Source: Kofleriaceae bacterium
GTDB lineage: Bacteria > Myxococcota_A > Polyangia > Haliangiales > Haliangiaceae
Assembly (NCBI GenBank): GCA_046597055.1
Contig: JBKJLC010000079.1
Location: 1 to 64,000 of the forward strand
Length of the DNA: 64,000 nucleotides
Direction of reading: 5' to 3'
This document shows positions 33,333 to 44,973 of this stretch, one piece after another. The position numbers and the translations under genes were made by a program. The number at the start of each line of letters is the position of its first letter. Position 1 is the stretch's first letter. The notes below the pieces were generated by a model, which worked only from the letters and a program-made list of their open reading frames with translations, was not told the origin of the DNA and did not search any database.

Positions 33333-33863
33333 ATGGGCCTCTCGCTGCGTGGCGCGTTCGCGACGGTCGTGCTCTGCGTCGCCGTCGCGCTCGGCGGCTG
33401 CCCGGCCAGCTCCGGCGGTGGGGCCGTGGTGGGCCCCGGCGGCGGTAGCGCGCGACCCGGGGCCGGGACCGACGGCGGCCGCACGGTCGGGGGCGGCGGC
33501 GGCGGCAGCGCCGGCTCGTCGGTGGCGACCGGTGGGCTGGCGGTCACGGGCGCGGCGTGTCCGGACCCCGGCTGCGGGTTCCACCCCGGCGAGGCCGCGT
33601 ACTTCAGCTGCCTGTCGGGCGGCGCCGGGGCCTGCTTCCACTTCGGGGCCCGCTGCGCGCCGGCCGACGCCTGCATGTTCGATCCGGCGGTGAAGCGCTA
33701 CCACCAGTGCGCCGAGCCGGTCGAGGGCACCTGCGCGCGCTACGGCGCCCCCTGCACGCCGGCGTCCGCCTGCGCGTTCAACCCGACCGATGGGCTCCAC
33801 CACAGATGCGAAGCGTGGTCGGGTGGCGCGTGCACCCGCTGGGGTGCGCTGTGTGCGCCCTGA
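33333..33863 (+). CDS. Cys-rich lipoprotein with three ~33-aa repeats
   Basis: Lipobox LGGC; Gly linker; three 4-Cys repeats. Confidence 0.75.
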   Translation: MGLSLRGAFATVVLCVAVALGGCPASSGGGAVVGPGGGSARPGAGTDGGRTVGGGGGGSAGSSVATGGLAVTGAACPDPGCGFHPGEAAYFSCLSGGAGACFHFGARCAPADACMFDPAVKRYHQCAEPVEGTCARYGAPCTPASACAFNPTDGLHHRCEAWSGGACTRWGALCAP

Positions 33864-34084
33864 CCCACCCGGCGCGCTGACCGGGAGTGGCCGACCGGCC
33901 CCGGTTCGGGCGTGCTTGCGGTGAGCTGAGCTACGTTCCGACCTCGATCGCGACCACGATCCAAGGACTTGGCGTGTGCGAGGTCCGGGGAAGAAAACCG
34001 TTTTCGATTCCGTACTACGGGATGGAAGGCGATGACGGAAACCGAAGCGATTGCGGTGGATTGCGATCGACCCAGAGATGGGTC

Positions 34085-34116
34085 TTGACGAAGCTGGTGT
34101 TGAAAGGCATTTTCAA
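34085..34116 (+). promoter_or_regulatory. Sigma70-like promoter overlapped by a Fur-box-like palindrome
   Basis: TTGACG (34085-34090), 17 nt, CATTTT; palindrome TTGAAAGGCATTTTCAA (34100-34116) just upstream of bfd. Confidence 0.7.
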
Positions 34117-34131
34117 ACTCGGAGATTTGAA

Positions 34132-34386
34132 GTGATCGTTTGTCTCTGCCACGGCGTGCGCGACCGCGATATCGACGCGGTGATCGGCGATGGCGCCGAG
34201 ACCGTCGAGGACATCGGTGACCAGTGCGGCGCCGGCACCGGTTGCGGCGCTTGCATCCCCGACATCGAGGACAAGCTCGAGCGTGCCGGCTGCGAGCGCG
34301 AGCGCGCCGGCGACTGTCCGCGCAGCCTGGGTCTGGTCACGATCGGCCGCGCGCCGTCGATGGACGAGACCCGCGACGCCGCCTAG
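34132..34386 (+). CDS. bfd: Bacterioferritin-associated [2Fe-2S] ferredoxin
   Basis: IVCLCHGV...GTGCGAC; GGAG RBS; lies upstream of bfr. Confidence 0.9.
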   Translation: MIVCLCHGVRDRDIDAVIGDGAETVEDIGDQCGAGTGCGACIPDIEDKLERAGCERERAGDCPRSLGLVTIGRAPSMDETRDAA

Positions 34387-34516
34387 GCGGCGGTCCACAG
34401 GGAGCCCTGACCGCACCGGGTCGGCGACCGAGATGGGGCCACCGGGCCCTGCTCGCTCCGCCGAATGTTCCGGCAGGTCGTTTGTTCGAGACCGCCTCGG
34501 TGCGAACATGCGCGCC

Positions 34517-34987
34517 ATGAAGGGTCACGCCGAGGTTCTCACGCTGTTGAACGAGCTGCTCACCAACGAGCTGACGGCGATCAACCAGTACTTCATCCAC
34601 GCGAAGATGTGCAAGAACTGGGGCTACCTGCGCCTGGCGCAGAAGGTCCACGCCGAGTCCATCGACGAGATGAAGCACGCGGACACGATCATCGAGCGCA
34701 TCCTGTTCCTCGAGGGGATCCCGAACCTGCAGCGGCTGAACAAGCTGCGCGTCGGCGAGACGGTCAAGGAGCAGTTCGAGAGCGACCTCGCGCTCGAGTA
34801 CAACTCGATCAAGAGCCTCAACGAGTGGATCGCGACGTGTGTCCGGCTGGCGGACAATGGCACCCGCGAGCTCCTCGAGAAGATCCTGGTCGGCGAGGAG
34901 GAGCACACCGACTGGCTCGAGACCCAGCTCGCCCTGCTGGTGTCGATCGGCGAGCAGAACTACCTCGCGCAGCAGCTGCGCGACTGA
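34517..34987 (+). CDS. bfr: Bacterioferritin
   Basis: MKG, ELTAINQYFIH, ESIDEMKHA, ILFLEG.PN, EEEH.DWLETQ. Confidence 0.97.
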   Translation: MKGHAEVLTLLNELLTNELTAINQYFIHAKMCKNWGYLRLAQKVHAESIDEMKHADTIIERILFLEGIPNLQRLNKLRVGETVKEQFESDLALEYNSIKSLNEWIATCVRLADNGTRELLEKILVGEEEHTDWLETQLALLVSIGEQNYLAQQLRD

Positions 34988-35114
34988 CCCGCGGCCGGCC
35001 CGGGCCCGGCGCGCCGCGTGCCAGGTTGGCAGCCGCGCGGCCCCCGGCCTGTCCTGGTGGCACGCCCCGGGCGCAGGAGCCGCCCAAGTCAGCGGCGCCA
35101 CGTCGGCGCCGGCG

Positions 35115-35129
35115 TGGCCCGCGGCTTGC
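35115..35129 (+). promoter_or_regulatory. Putative sigma54 -24/-12 promoter
   Basis: TGGCCCGCGGCTTGC has GG-N10-GC spacing, 15 nt before ATG 35144. Confidence 0.5.
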
Positions 35130-35143
35130 GCCAGGAACCGCCC

Positions 35144-35503
35144 ATGATGCTCTATCGCAGCCTCGTGGTCGGACTGCTCGGGGCGATCGCGATGCTGGTC
35201 GCGGCCCGACCGCCGGCCCCGGTGGCGTCGGCGCCCACGGGGGTTGCGGAGCCTGCGCTGGCCGCGCCGCGCGACACCCTCGTCGATGCGCGGCTCGGCG
35301 CCGGGCCGGTGCTCGGGCTGCTCGGCCTGGCGCCGCGCGAGCACATCGTCGCGATCGACGACGTGGGTTGCAGCGCCTGCGAGGAGGACCTCGAGGCGCG
35401 CTGGCGGCTGACGGTCGCGCGCGAGTACCTCGACGTCACGGTCGCGACGCCGCGCGGTGAGCGCCGCGTGCTGGTGCTCGCCCATCCCGCGATCCCGCGC
35501 TGA
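35144..35503 (+). CDS. Small membrane-anchored protein with degenerate PDZ-like domain
   Basis: N-terminal TM; LGL...EHIVAIDD, LDVTV, RRVLVL. Confidence 0.6.
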   Translation: MMLYRSLVVGLLGAIAMLVAARPPAPVASAPTGVAEPALAAPRDTLVDARLGAGPVLGLLGLAPREHIVAIDDVGCSACEEDLEARWRLTVAREYLDVTVATPRGERRVLVLAHPAIPR

Positions 35504-35566
35504 CCGCGGCGCCCGCGCGGCCCGCCTCGCGTTGACAGCGCGCGCGGGTCGGGCGATGAAGCCGCC

Positions 35567-36505
35567 ATGCTGAGCATCGATCTCCGTGGCAAGCGCGCGC
35601 TGGTCGCCGGCGTCGCCGACGATGGTGGGTTCGGGTGGGCGATCGCCCGGGCGCTGGCCGAGGCCGGCGCGACGGTGTGCCTCGGCACCTGGCCGCCCGC
35701 GCTGAGCCTGTTCCAGAAGCTGCTGCAGTTCGGCAAGCTCGACGCGTCGATGGTGATGGCCGACGGCAGCAAGCTCGCCTTCGAGAAGATCTACCCGCTC
35801 GACGCCGAGTACGACCGGCTCGCGGACGTGCCGGCCGAGGTGGCGCAGTCGCGCCGGTACAAGGACCTCGGCGACTTCACGATCCAGGGCCTGGCCGCGC
35901 GCATGAAGGAAGACTTCGGCGACGGCGCGATCGACATCGTCGTGCACAGCCTCGCCAACGGGTCCGAGGTGAAGAAGCCGCTGCTCGAGACCAGCCGCAA
36001 GGGCTACCTGTCGGCGGTGTCGGCGTCGGCGTACTCGATGGTGTCGATCGTCCAGGCGTTCGGCCCGATCATGCGGCGCGGCGGCGCCTTCGTGTCGCTG
36101 ACGTACATGGCGTCGGAGCGCGCGGTGCCCGGCTACGGCGGCGGCATGTCGTCGGCCAAGGCCGCGCTCGAGAGCGACACCCGGGTGCTCGCCTACGAGG
36201 CCGGCCGGGCCTGGCGCCACCGGGTCAACGTGATCTCGGCCGGGCCCTACGCGTCGCGGGCGGCGTCGGCGATCGGGTTCATCGATCAGATGATCGACTA
36301 CAACAAGCGCAACTCGCCGCTGCCGGAGGCGCTCACGGCCGAGGAGGTCGGCGCGACCGCCGCCTTTCTGTGCTCGCCGCTCGCCAGCGGGATCACCGGC
36401 TCGACGGTGTACGTCGACAAGGGGTACGCGGGCATGGGGGTCGCGGTCGATCGCGAGGCGGCGGCGGCGGTGCCGGCGGCCGGCCCTGCGACAACTGCTG
36501 TGTAA
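35567..36505 (+). CDS. fabI: Enoyl-ACP reductase (NADH), Chlamydia/plant-type
   Basis: [48 protein letters not shown]. Confidence 0.93.
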   Translation: MLSIDLRGKRALVAGVADDGGFGWAIARALAEAGATVCLGTWPPALSLFQKLLQFGKLDASMVMADGSKLAFEKIYPLDAEYDRLADVPAEVAQSRRYKDLGDFTIQGLAARMKEDFGDGAIDIVVHSLANGSEVKKPLLETSRKGYLSAVSASAYSMVSIVQAFGPIMRRGGAFVSLTYMASERAVPGYGGGMSSAKAALESDTRVLAYEAGRAWRHRVNVISAGPYASRAASAIGFIDQMIDYNKRNSPLPEALTAEEVGATAAFLCSPLASGITGSTVYVDKGYAGMGVAVDREAAAAVPAAGPATTAV

Positions 36506-36588
36506 GCGGCTGACTACCAACGGTTTCAGGCACGCAACCGGGGAGCGAGTGCGACGATACGGGCGCCAACTCGTTCCCGAGGTGCCTC

Positions 36589-38193
36589 CTGAGCCACGAT
36601 CGTCGCCGCCCTGATTCCAGCTCGTCTTCCTCGAACCCGTCTCCCTCGGCCGGTCGCGCGGGCGCCGGTCGCACGCTCAGCCAGAGCCTGCCCCGGACGA
36701 CCGCGCAGCTGGCGCGCTGGACCCAGCGGCGGGCCGCGCCGGCTGCCACCGGCGAGTCGGCACCGGTGGACGCGGACGTCGGCGCGATCGCCGCCGCCGG
36801 CGTTGCCGGCCCGTCGGGCACGCTGCCGTTCATCGACGAGATCCAGGGATCGTTTGGCCGCCACGATGTCCGCGGCGTCGGCGCCCACGTCGGGGCCGAG
36901 GCCCAGACCGCCTCGGCCGCGCTCGGCGCTCATGGCTACGCGACCGGCAACGACGTCGCGTTCGCGGCCGCGCCGGATCTGCACCTCGCGGCTCACGAGG
37001 CGGCGCACGTGGTCCAGCAGCGGGCCGGCGTCCAGCTCGCCAGCGCGATCGGCGAGGCCGGCGACCCGTACGAGCGCCACGCCGATCGCGCCGCCGACGC
37101 GGTCGTGCGCGGCGAGTCGGCGGCCGGCATCCTCGACGAGATGGTCGGTGGTGGCGGCGGGCAGCCCGCGGTCCAGCGCGAGGAGGATGGCACCCATGGC
37201 CTGCGCGCGACGATGATGGGGCTGGGCGCGGACCTCCCGCCCGACGCCCGGTTTCCGCTGCTCGAGTACGGACAGCAGGTCCCCGCGCTGCGCGGCGCGC
37301 GCGGTCCGGATCGCCTCAAGATGCTGCAGGCGGTGGAGCCGCGCCGGGCCCACGCGCTGCTGAAGGAGCTCGAGCTCGACCTCGACGAGCAGTTCGTGAT
37401 CTACGACGAGGTGCCGTACCTGCTGGGGATGGCCTCGCTCAACACGCTCTATCCGCTGTTCGAGGTACCCCACGGTCGCAGCAACGTCGAGAGCCGGATG
37501 TTCAGCAAGCTCGACCTTGCCATGCAGCTGGACCTGTTCGAGCGGATGGAGGTGCCGCGCAAGGCACGGCTCTATCCGTTCGGCGCGCGACCGGCCCACC
37601 AGGCCGCGCTGCTCGCCACCCTGAGCGACGGCGACCTCACCCAGCTGCTCACGCTGCTGGACGACGACTTCGTCATGGAGATGGCCGGCAACACGCCGCC
37701 CCATGTCGCGGCGCGCATCAAGCGCTGCATCGAGGTGGTGCGGCCGATCGCATGGGCGGCCGGTTACACGATCGAGAGCGACGTCGATGCTGCCGAGCGT
37801 GAGGGCGGGATCTTCGGGGACGCCCCGGACAAGGCGGCCGCGGTCCCGCGGACCGACGACGAGCTGCTGGCGCGGGTCATGAGCATGGGCAGCGGCGAGC
37901 TGGTGCCGTTCTACGCCAAGGTCCCGTCGTACAAGCGCCGGCTGGTCCTGACCGTGGCGTCGCCGGCCCAGCTCGCCGCGCTGTTCAGCACCGTCTCCGA
38001 TGGCAACGCCGCCGAGCTGTGGCTGCACGCCCTGGGCGCGGCCGGCCCTGACACGATCACGGCGGCGCTCCGCCGGCTCGCGCCCGACCAGGTCAAGCGT
38101 CTGCACTTCCAGCTCGATCCCGGGCAGCAGGCCCAGCTGGTCGGCGTGCTACCCCCCGAGCTCGCCGATCTGATCGTCCCGCCCGAGGCGTAG
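36589..38193 (+). CDS. DUF4157 (eCIS core) domain protein
   Basis: LPF...[31 protein letters not shown]; start probably CTG 36589 after GAGGT (ORF track gives 36766). Confidence 0.85.
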   Translation: MSHDRRRPDSSSSSSNPSPSAGRAGAGRTLSQSLPRTTAQLARWTQRRAAPAATGESAPVDADVGAIAAAGVAGPSGTLPFIDEIQGSFGRHDVRGVGAHVGAEAQTASAALGAHGYATGNDVAFAAAPDLHLAAHEAAHVVQQRAGVQLASAIGEAGDPYERHADRAADAVVRGESAAGILDEMVGGGGGQPAVQREEDGTHGLRATMMGLGADLPPDARFPLLEYGQQVPALRGARGPDRLKMLQAVEPRRAHALLKELELDLDEQFVIYDEVPYLLGMASLNTLYPLFEVPHGRSNVESRMFSKLDLAMQLDLFERMEVPRKARLYPFGARPAHQAALLATLSDGDLTQLLTLLDDDFVMEMAGNTPPHVAARIKRCIEVVRPIAWAAGYTIESDVDAAEREGGIFGDAPDKAAAVPRTDDELLARVMSMGSGELVPFYAKVPSYKRRLVLTVASPAQLAALFSTVSDGNAAELWLHALGAAGPDTITAALRRLAPDQVKRLHFQLDPGQQAQLVGVLPPELADLIVPPEA

Positions 38194-38195
38194 CG

Positions 38196-39059
38196 TCAGG
38201 CCGGACCGACGTGGGTCGCTGCCGCCTCGATCGCCGCCGCCATCGCGACCGCGTCGGGGTAGCGGTCGGCCGGTTCCTTGGCGAGCGCGCGCAGGACCAC
38301 CGCGATGACCTCGGGCGGGACCGCGTGCGCGCCGTCGACGTCGAGCGGCGGCGGGTCGTCGTGCAGGTGGGCGCTGATCAGCTCGAAGTCGTCGGTGCCG
38401 GCGTACGGCGGCCGGCCGGCGAGCAGCTCGTAGAGGATGATCCCCATCGCGTACAGGTCGCTGCGCGGGTCGGCGGGCTTGCCACGCAGGCGCTCGGGCG
38501 CGAGGTAGGTGAGGCTGCCGACCACGTGGCCGCGCTGGGTGAGCTTGGCGCCGCCCTCGAACGCGGCGAAGCCGAAGTCGATCAGCACCACCCGCTCGAC
38601 CGGACCCGGCGACGGCTCCAGCATCAGGTTGGCCGGCTTGAGGTCGCGGTGGAGGATGCCCTCGGCGTGGACCGCGGCCAGGCCCTGCAGCGCCTGCCAG
38701 GTGTAGCTGAGCGCGCGGGCCGCCGGCACCGAGCCCTTGGTCTTCACCACCTGGCGCAGCGAGGTGCCGCGCAGGAGCTCGACCACGATGTAGGGCTCGG
38801 CCAGATCGGTGAGGCCGCCGCCGTACAGCGCGGCGACGTTGCGGTGCCGGATCAGGCCCTGGACCTGGGCCTCGCGCTGGAAGCGCGCCACCGCCTCGAC
38901 GTCGCGGGCCTGCTGGTTGCGCAGGATCTTGAGCGCGACCGCGGTGCCGTCCCGGGTGTCGAGCACCCGGTAGACGTCGGCCATGGCGCCACGGCCGATC
39001 AGCTTCTCGACCTGGTAGCGGTCGTCGATGAGAGTGCCGGCACGATCCGGGAAGGTCAT
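38196..39059 (-). CDS. Ser/Thr protein kinase
   Basis: IGRGAMADVY, VALK, HRDLKPAN, DFG, YLAPE, SDLY. Confidence 0.95.
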   Translation of the reverse strand: MTFPDRAGTLIDDRYQVEKLIGRGAMADVYRVLDTRDGTAVALKILRNQQARDVEAVARFQREAQVQGLIRHRNVAALYGGGLTDLAEPYIVVELLRGTSLRQVVKTKGSVPAARALSYTWQALQGLAAVHAEGILHRDLKPANLMLEPSPGPVERVVLIDFGFAAFEGGAKLTQRGHVVGSLTYLAPERLRGKPADPRSDLYAMGIILYELLAGRPPYAGTDDFELISAHLHDDPPPLDVDGAHAVPPEVIAVVLRALAKEPADRYPDAVAMAAAIEAAATHVGPA

Positions 39060-39176
39060 GGCGGGGCGACGACGATACACCGGCCCGGGCCCGGCGACAG
39101 CGCCGTGCCACCGGCCCGGCGCACACCGCCTCGCCCCTGGGCTTGACCGGCCCGGGCCAGCGCGCTATCCGAGGCC

Positions 39177-40160
39177 GTGGCCACCCGGACGTTTCCGCAT
39201 CGCCACCTGCTCGGGATCGCCGAGCTCGAGCCGGACGACGTCCTGCAGATCCTCGACCTGGCCGGGCGCTACCACCAGGTCGCCGCCGAGCCGGTGAAGA
39301 AGCTCACCACCTTGCGCGGCCGCACGGTGATCAACCTGTTCTTCGAGAGCTCGACCCGGACCCGGATGTCGTTCGAGCTCGCCGCCAAGCGGCTGTCGGC
39401 CGACGCGGTCAACATCAGCCCGTCGACCTCGTCGACCACCAAGGGCGAGACGCTGCTCGACACCGCCCGCAACCTCGACGCGATGGCGCCCGACGTGATC
39501 GTGGTGCGCCACCCGATGGCCGGCGCCGCCCACGGGCTGGCTCGCCACCTGCGCTGCGCGGTGGTCAACGCGGGCGACGGCCAGCACGAGCACCCGACCC
39601 AGGCGCTGCTCGATGCCGCCACGATCCGTCAGCACAAGGGCCGCCTCGACGGGCTCGAGGTCGCGATCGTCGGAGATCTCGCGCACTCGCGGGTCGCGCG
39701 GTCGAACCTGCTGCTGCTGACCCGCATGGGCGCGCGGGTCCGGCTGTGCGCGCCGCTGACGCTGGTGCCGCGCGGGATCGAGGAGATCGGCGGCGAGGTC
39801 AGCCGCGACCGGACCCGGGTGACCACCCGGCTCGAGGAGGCGCTCGACGGGGCCGACGTCGTGATGATGCTGCGGGTGCAGACCGAGCGCACCGCCGGCG
39901 AGGCGCCGCGGTTCCCCAACGCCCGCGAGTACGCCCGCACCTACGGGCTGTCGGCGCGCACGCTCGGGTTCGCGCGGCCCGACGCGATCGTGATGCACCC
40001 GGGGCCGGTCAATCGCGGCGTCGAGCTGGCGGCCGACGTCGCCGACGGGCCGCGCGCGGTGATCATGGACCAGGTGAGCTGGGGGGTGGCGGTGCGGATG
40101 GCCGTGCTCGAGCTGGTGGGCGCGCCGGCGGCGGCCGCCACGGTCGCGGCGGTCGCATGA
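39177..40160 (+). CDS. pyrB: Aspartate carbamoyltransferase catalytic subunit
   Basis: [31 protein letters not shown]. Confidence 0.96.
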   Translation: MATRTFPHRHLLGIAELEPDDVLQILDLAGRYHQVAAEPVKKLTTLRGRTVINLFFESSTRTRMSFELAAKRLSADAVNISPSTSSTTKGETLLDTARNLDAMAPDVIVVRHPMAGAAHGLARHLRCAVVNAGDGQHEHPTQALLDAATIRQHKGRLDGLEVAIVGDLAHSRVARSNLLLLTRMGARVRLCAPLTLVPRGIEEIGGEVSRDRTRVTTRLEEALDGADVVMMLRVQTERTAGEAPRFPNAREYARTYGLSARTLGFARPDAIVMHPGPVNRGVELAADVADGPRAVIMDQVSWGVAVRMAVLELVGAPAAAATVAAVA

Positions 40161-40182
40161 GCGCGGGTCGGAGGAGGCCGTG

Positions 40183-41159
<977 letters not shown>

Positions 41160-41163
<4 letters not shown>

Positions 41164-42425
41164 TCGCCCAGCGGAAACGGGCGGGGCAGCCCGACTGGCT
41201 GGTGATCGCGCGCCGCGAGTTCCTCGAGCGCGTGCGCACGCGCTGGTTCGCGATCGTGACGCTGCTCGGTCCGATCCTGCTGATCGGCGTGATCATCATC
41301 CCGGCGCTGCTGGCGCGGGCGGCCGATAGCACTGCGCGCGTGCAGATCGTCGACCACAGCCGCCGGCTCGGCGCGCCGCTGGTCCAGGGCCTGACTGCGG
41401 CGAAATGGCGGCCCGAGCTGGTGCCGGCCGACACCACCGAGGCCGAGCTGCTGCATCGCATCGATCGCGATCAGATCGACGGGTTTCTGGTGATCTCGGA
41501 GGAGATGCCCACCGCCGGCAAGGTGGAATACCAGGGCGACAACGCCACCAACGCCCAGGCGATGCGGGAGCTGTTGCAGGTGATCAGCGCGTCCGTACAC
41601 GGCCTGCGCGGGCTCGACGCCAACGTCCCTCAGGCGACGCTGACGCAGGTGCTGGCGCCGGTCGACTTCTCGCCGCGCCACACCACCGGCAAGGCCGGCG
41701 GCAGCTCGGGCTTCGCCGCCTTTGCCGTGGGCTACGCGGTGATGTTCGTCCTCTACATGTCGATCCTGCTGTACGCGGCCAACGTGCTGCGCAGCGTGGT
41801 GCAGGAGAAGACCAACCGGATCATGGAGATCATGGTGGCGGCGGCCAAGCCGCACGCGCTGATGCTCGGCAAGATCCTGGGCGTCGGGGTGGTCGGGCTG
41901 CTGCAGATCGCGATCTGGGGAACCATGGCGATCCTGACCATGACCTACCGCGGCGCCGTGCTGGGCGCGTTCGGGGTGGCCGCCGCCGACTGGAGCGTGC
42001 CGCCGCTGACCGTCATCGACGTGGTGGTGGTGCTCACCTACTTCCTGCTCGGCTACTTCTTCTACGCGGCGATGTACGCTGCGATCGGCGCGATGGTCTC
42101 GAGCGAGCAGGAGGCGCAGCAGGCGCAGACGCCGGTGATGATGCTGCTGATCATCCCGGTCGCCAGCGTGCAGCTGATCGCGAACGATCCGCGCGGCCCG
42201 GTCGCCGAGGCGCTGACGCTCATCCCGTTCTCGTCCGCCATCCTGATGCCGATGCGGTGGCTGCTCGGCGGCGCCAGCACGGCCAGCCTGCTGACGTCGC
42301 TCGTGATCCTGGCGGCGTCGACGCTGATCGTGACGCGGCTGGCGGCCCGCATCTACCGGGTCGGGATCCTGATGTACGGCAAACGCCCGAGCCTGCGCGA
42401 GCTGGCTCGCTGGCTGCGCTACTGA
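41160..42425 (+). CDS. ABC transporter permease (NatB-like)
   Basis: IARREF, EK..RIME, GKILG, IYRVGILMYG. Confidence 0.92.
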
Positions 42426-42463
42426 CGCGCGGCGGTGGGCACTGACGGGGCGCGCCGTGGTCG

Positions 42464-43177
42464 TCAGTCGTCGCGGCGACGGGCGGTCGCGGCCGGCAGC
42501 TCGGCGCGCTGGCCGCGCAGCGCCTTGGCCTCGCGCTTGGCGCGGCGGCGGGCGTCGCGGCTGCTCTCACCGGGGAGCCGGGTCTCGATCGAGACACCGC
42601 CCATCACCGCCAGCCCGGTGATGCGCAGGATCGGGCGATCGGGGTCGGGGTTGGTCGGCGCGCGCTGGACGTGGTCGAAGCCGCCCATGATCGCCGACGC
42701 GTCGCACTCGACCGCGAGCCACGGCGGGACGATCACCTCGAAGCCGCCCATCAGGGTGATGATGAGCAGCTCGGTCTCGCCCGGGGCGAGTTCGGCCTCG
42801 CGGAAGTCGAGCGTACCGCCGCCGCACATCACGACGGCGCGCAGCTTGCGCGGGCAGGTCCAGGCGCCGCTCTTCTCGAGGCCGCCGAAGATCGCGAACA
42901 AGCTCCGCGTCTTCGGCCAGCGATCGAGCGCGGTGGTGGCAGCCGGGCGCGGCGCCAGCGCCGTCGCGGGCGCACCTCCGGCGACGCCGAGGTCGACGGT
43001 CAGGACATCGAGCGAGGCCACGTCCTCGGCGCGGTGCGCGAGATCGAGGCGGCGCTCCAGCTCGTCGACGTCGAAGGTGTCGCGCGCGAACTCGGCGGTG
43101 AGCTGCGCGATGACCTCTTCACGGCGATCGCGCACGGCGACGAGCGCACCCTTCGGCGGCGGGGGAGCTGCGGGCAT
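42464..43177 (-). CDS. DUF1707 (SHOCT-like)/LiaF-related domain protein
   Basis: REEVIAQL...FA...ELERRL; AIFGG, LDFREA, MGG repeats. Confidence 0.8.
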   Translation of the reverse strand: MPAAPPPPKGALVAVRDRREEVIAQLTAEFARDTFDVDELERRLDLAHRAEDVASLDVLTVDLGVAGGAPATALAPRPAATTALDRWPKTRSLFAIFGGLEKSGAWTCPRKLRAVVMCGGGTLDFREAELAPGETELLIITLMGGFEVIVPPWLAVECDASAIMGGFDHVQRAPTNPDPDRPILRITGLAVMGGVSIETRLPGESSRDARRRAKREAKALRGQRAELPAATARRRDD

Positions 43178-43239
43178 GGGGCGAACATACCGCCGGCCCG
43201 CGGCCGCGGCATCGCCGAGTGCAGGTGGTACGGTGGCAC

Positions 43240-44058
43240 GTGCTCGTCGACCTGCACTGCCACTCCACCTGCTCCGACGGCTCGGCGGCACCGGCCGAGG
43301 TCGGCCGGCGGGCGGCCGCGCGGGCCCCGGTGGTGTTCGCGCTCACCGATCACGACACCTGCGCCGGCCACGCCGAGGTGGTCGCCGCGGTGCCCGGCGC
43401 GATCCGCGCGGTCGAGCTGACCTGTCACGACGACGGCCGATCGGTCCACGTGCTGGTCTACGACGCCGCCGGCGACGAGCGCTGGCGCGAGCTCGAGGTG
43501 GTGCTGACGACCCAGGTCGCGGCCCGCCGCGAGCGGCTGCGCGCGATCTCGACCCGGCTGTGGCACCTCGGGGTGGTGCTCGACGTCGAGCCGATCCTGA
43601 AGCTCGCGACCGCCCAGCACGGCCGAGCGGTCGGCCGGCCCGACATCGCCGCGGCGCTGGTCGCGCAGGGCGTCGTCGCCAGCCGCGACGAGGCGTTCTC
43701 GCGCTGGCTCCACGACGGTGGCCCGGCCGATGTGCCGCTGGCCCGGCTCGGGATCGGCGAGGCGCTGGCGGTGGTGCGGGCGATCGGCGCGCGGGCGTCG
43801 CTCGCCCATCCCCACCAGCACGGCGAGCGCGCGCCGCGCATGCTCAAGAAGTTCGCGAAGGAAGGGCTCGACGGCGTCGAGGCGTTCTACGGGCGCTACG
43901 ATCCCGGCGAGCGCGGGCGCTGGCTCAAGGTCGCCGACGGGCTCGGGCTCACCGCGACCGGCGGCTCCGACTGGCACGGCGAGGACGGCGGCACTCTCGG
44001 CGTCGAGGTCCCCGACGAGCGCGGCGCGCGCCTGCTCGGCTGGCTCGGGCGGGCCTGA
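43240..44058 (+). CDS. PHP-domain phosphoesterase
   Basis: DLHCHSTCSDG, LTDHD, AHP, GGSDWHG. Confidence 0.92.
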   Translation: MLVDLHCHSTCSDGSAAPAEVGRRAAARAPVVFALTDHDTCAGHAEVVAAVPGAIRAVELTCHDDGRSVHVLVYDAAGDERWRELEVVLTTQVAARRERLRAISTRLWHLGVVLDVEPILKLATAQHGRAVGRPDIAAALVAQGVVASRDEAFSRWLHDGGPADVPLARLGIGEALAVVRAIGARASLAHPHQHGERAPRMLKKFAKEGLDGVEAFYGRYDPGERGRWLKVADGLGLTATGGSDWHGEDGGTLGVEVPDERGARLLGWLGRA

Positions 44059-44139
44059 GCCAGTCCTGAGCCCGGACGCCGGTCCTGACCGGCCGGGCAG
44101 GTGGGCGCGACCCCGGGAGGCTCTAGACTTGCAGAGCTT

Positions 44140-44847
44140 ATGACCCAGCTGTCCGTCCAGGTCTGGTCCGACATCGCGTGTCCCTGGTGCTACGTCGGCA
44201 AGCGCCGGCTCGAGGCGGCGCTCGCGTCGTTCCCGCATCGCGACCAGGTCGACGTCACCTGGCGCGCGTTCGAGCTCGACCCGACCGCGCCGCGGGTGCG
44301 CGACGCCGCGGTCTCGTACGCCGCGCGGCTGGCGCAGAAGTACCGGACGCCGGTCGACCAGGCCGAGACGATGATCGATCGGATGACCACCACCGCCGCG
44401 GCCGACGGGCTCGACTTCCACTTCGAGAAGATCCGCCCGGGCAACACGTTCGATGCGCACCGGGTGATCCACCTCGCGACCGTGCGCGGCAAGGGCGATG
44501 CGGCCAAGGAGCGCCTGCTGCGCGGCTACCTGACCGAGGGCGAGCCGATCGGCGAACCCGAGGTGCTGCTCCGGCTGGCGGTCGAGGTCGGCCTCGACGC
44601 TGACGAGGTGCGCGCGGTGCTGGCCGGCGACGCGTACGCGCGCGAGGTCCGGGCCGATGAGGCCGAGGCCCAGGCCAACGACATCAGCGGGGTGCCGTTC
44701 TTCGTCATCGGACGCTACGGCATCTCGGGCGCGCAGCCGGCCGACGTGCTGCTGCAGGTGCTGACCAGGGCGTGGGACGAGCTCGCGGTGACCGCGCCGG
44801 TCGCGCTGGTCGACGGCGCGGCCTGCGGTCCCGACGGCTGCGCCTGA
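44140..44847 (+). CDS. DsbA/FrnE family oxidoreductase
   Basis: WSDIACPWCYVG, FELDP, NTFDAH, GVPFF, SGAQP. Confidence 0.93.
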   Translation: MTQLSVQVWSDIACPWCYVGKRRLEAALASFPHRDQVDVTWRAFELDPTAPRVRDAAVSYAARLAQKYRTPVDQAETMIDRMTTTAAADGLDFHFEKIRPGNTFDAHRVIHLATVRGKGDAAKERLLRGYLTEGEPIGEPEVLLRLAVEVGLDADEVRAVLAGDAYAREVRADEAEAQANDISGVPFFVIGRYGISGAQPADVLLQVLTRAWDELAVTAPVALVDGAACGPDGCA

Positions 44848-44973
44848 GGTCGACGCCGGTCACGGCGCGTCAGGGCGCGCACCCGATCGCGACGGTGTGT
44901 GGGGCCAGTGCGCGGCGCCGGCGGCGGCCGACCCCTCGATCGTGTGGTCGCGCGGGCCGACCGCGCGGCGCGG

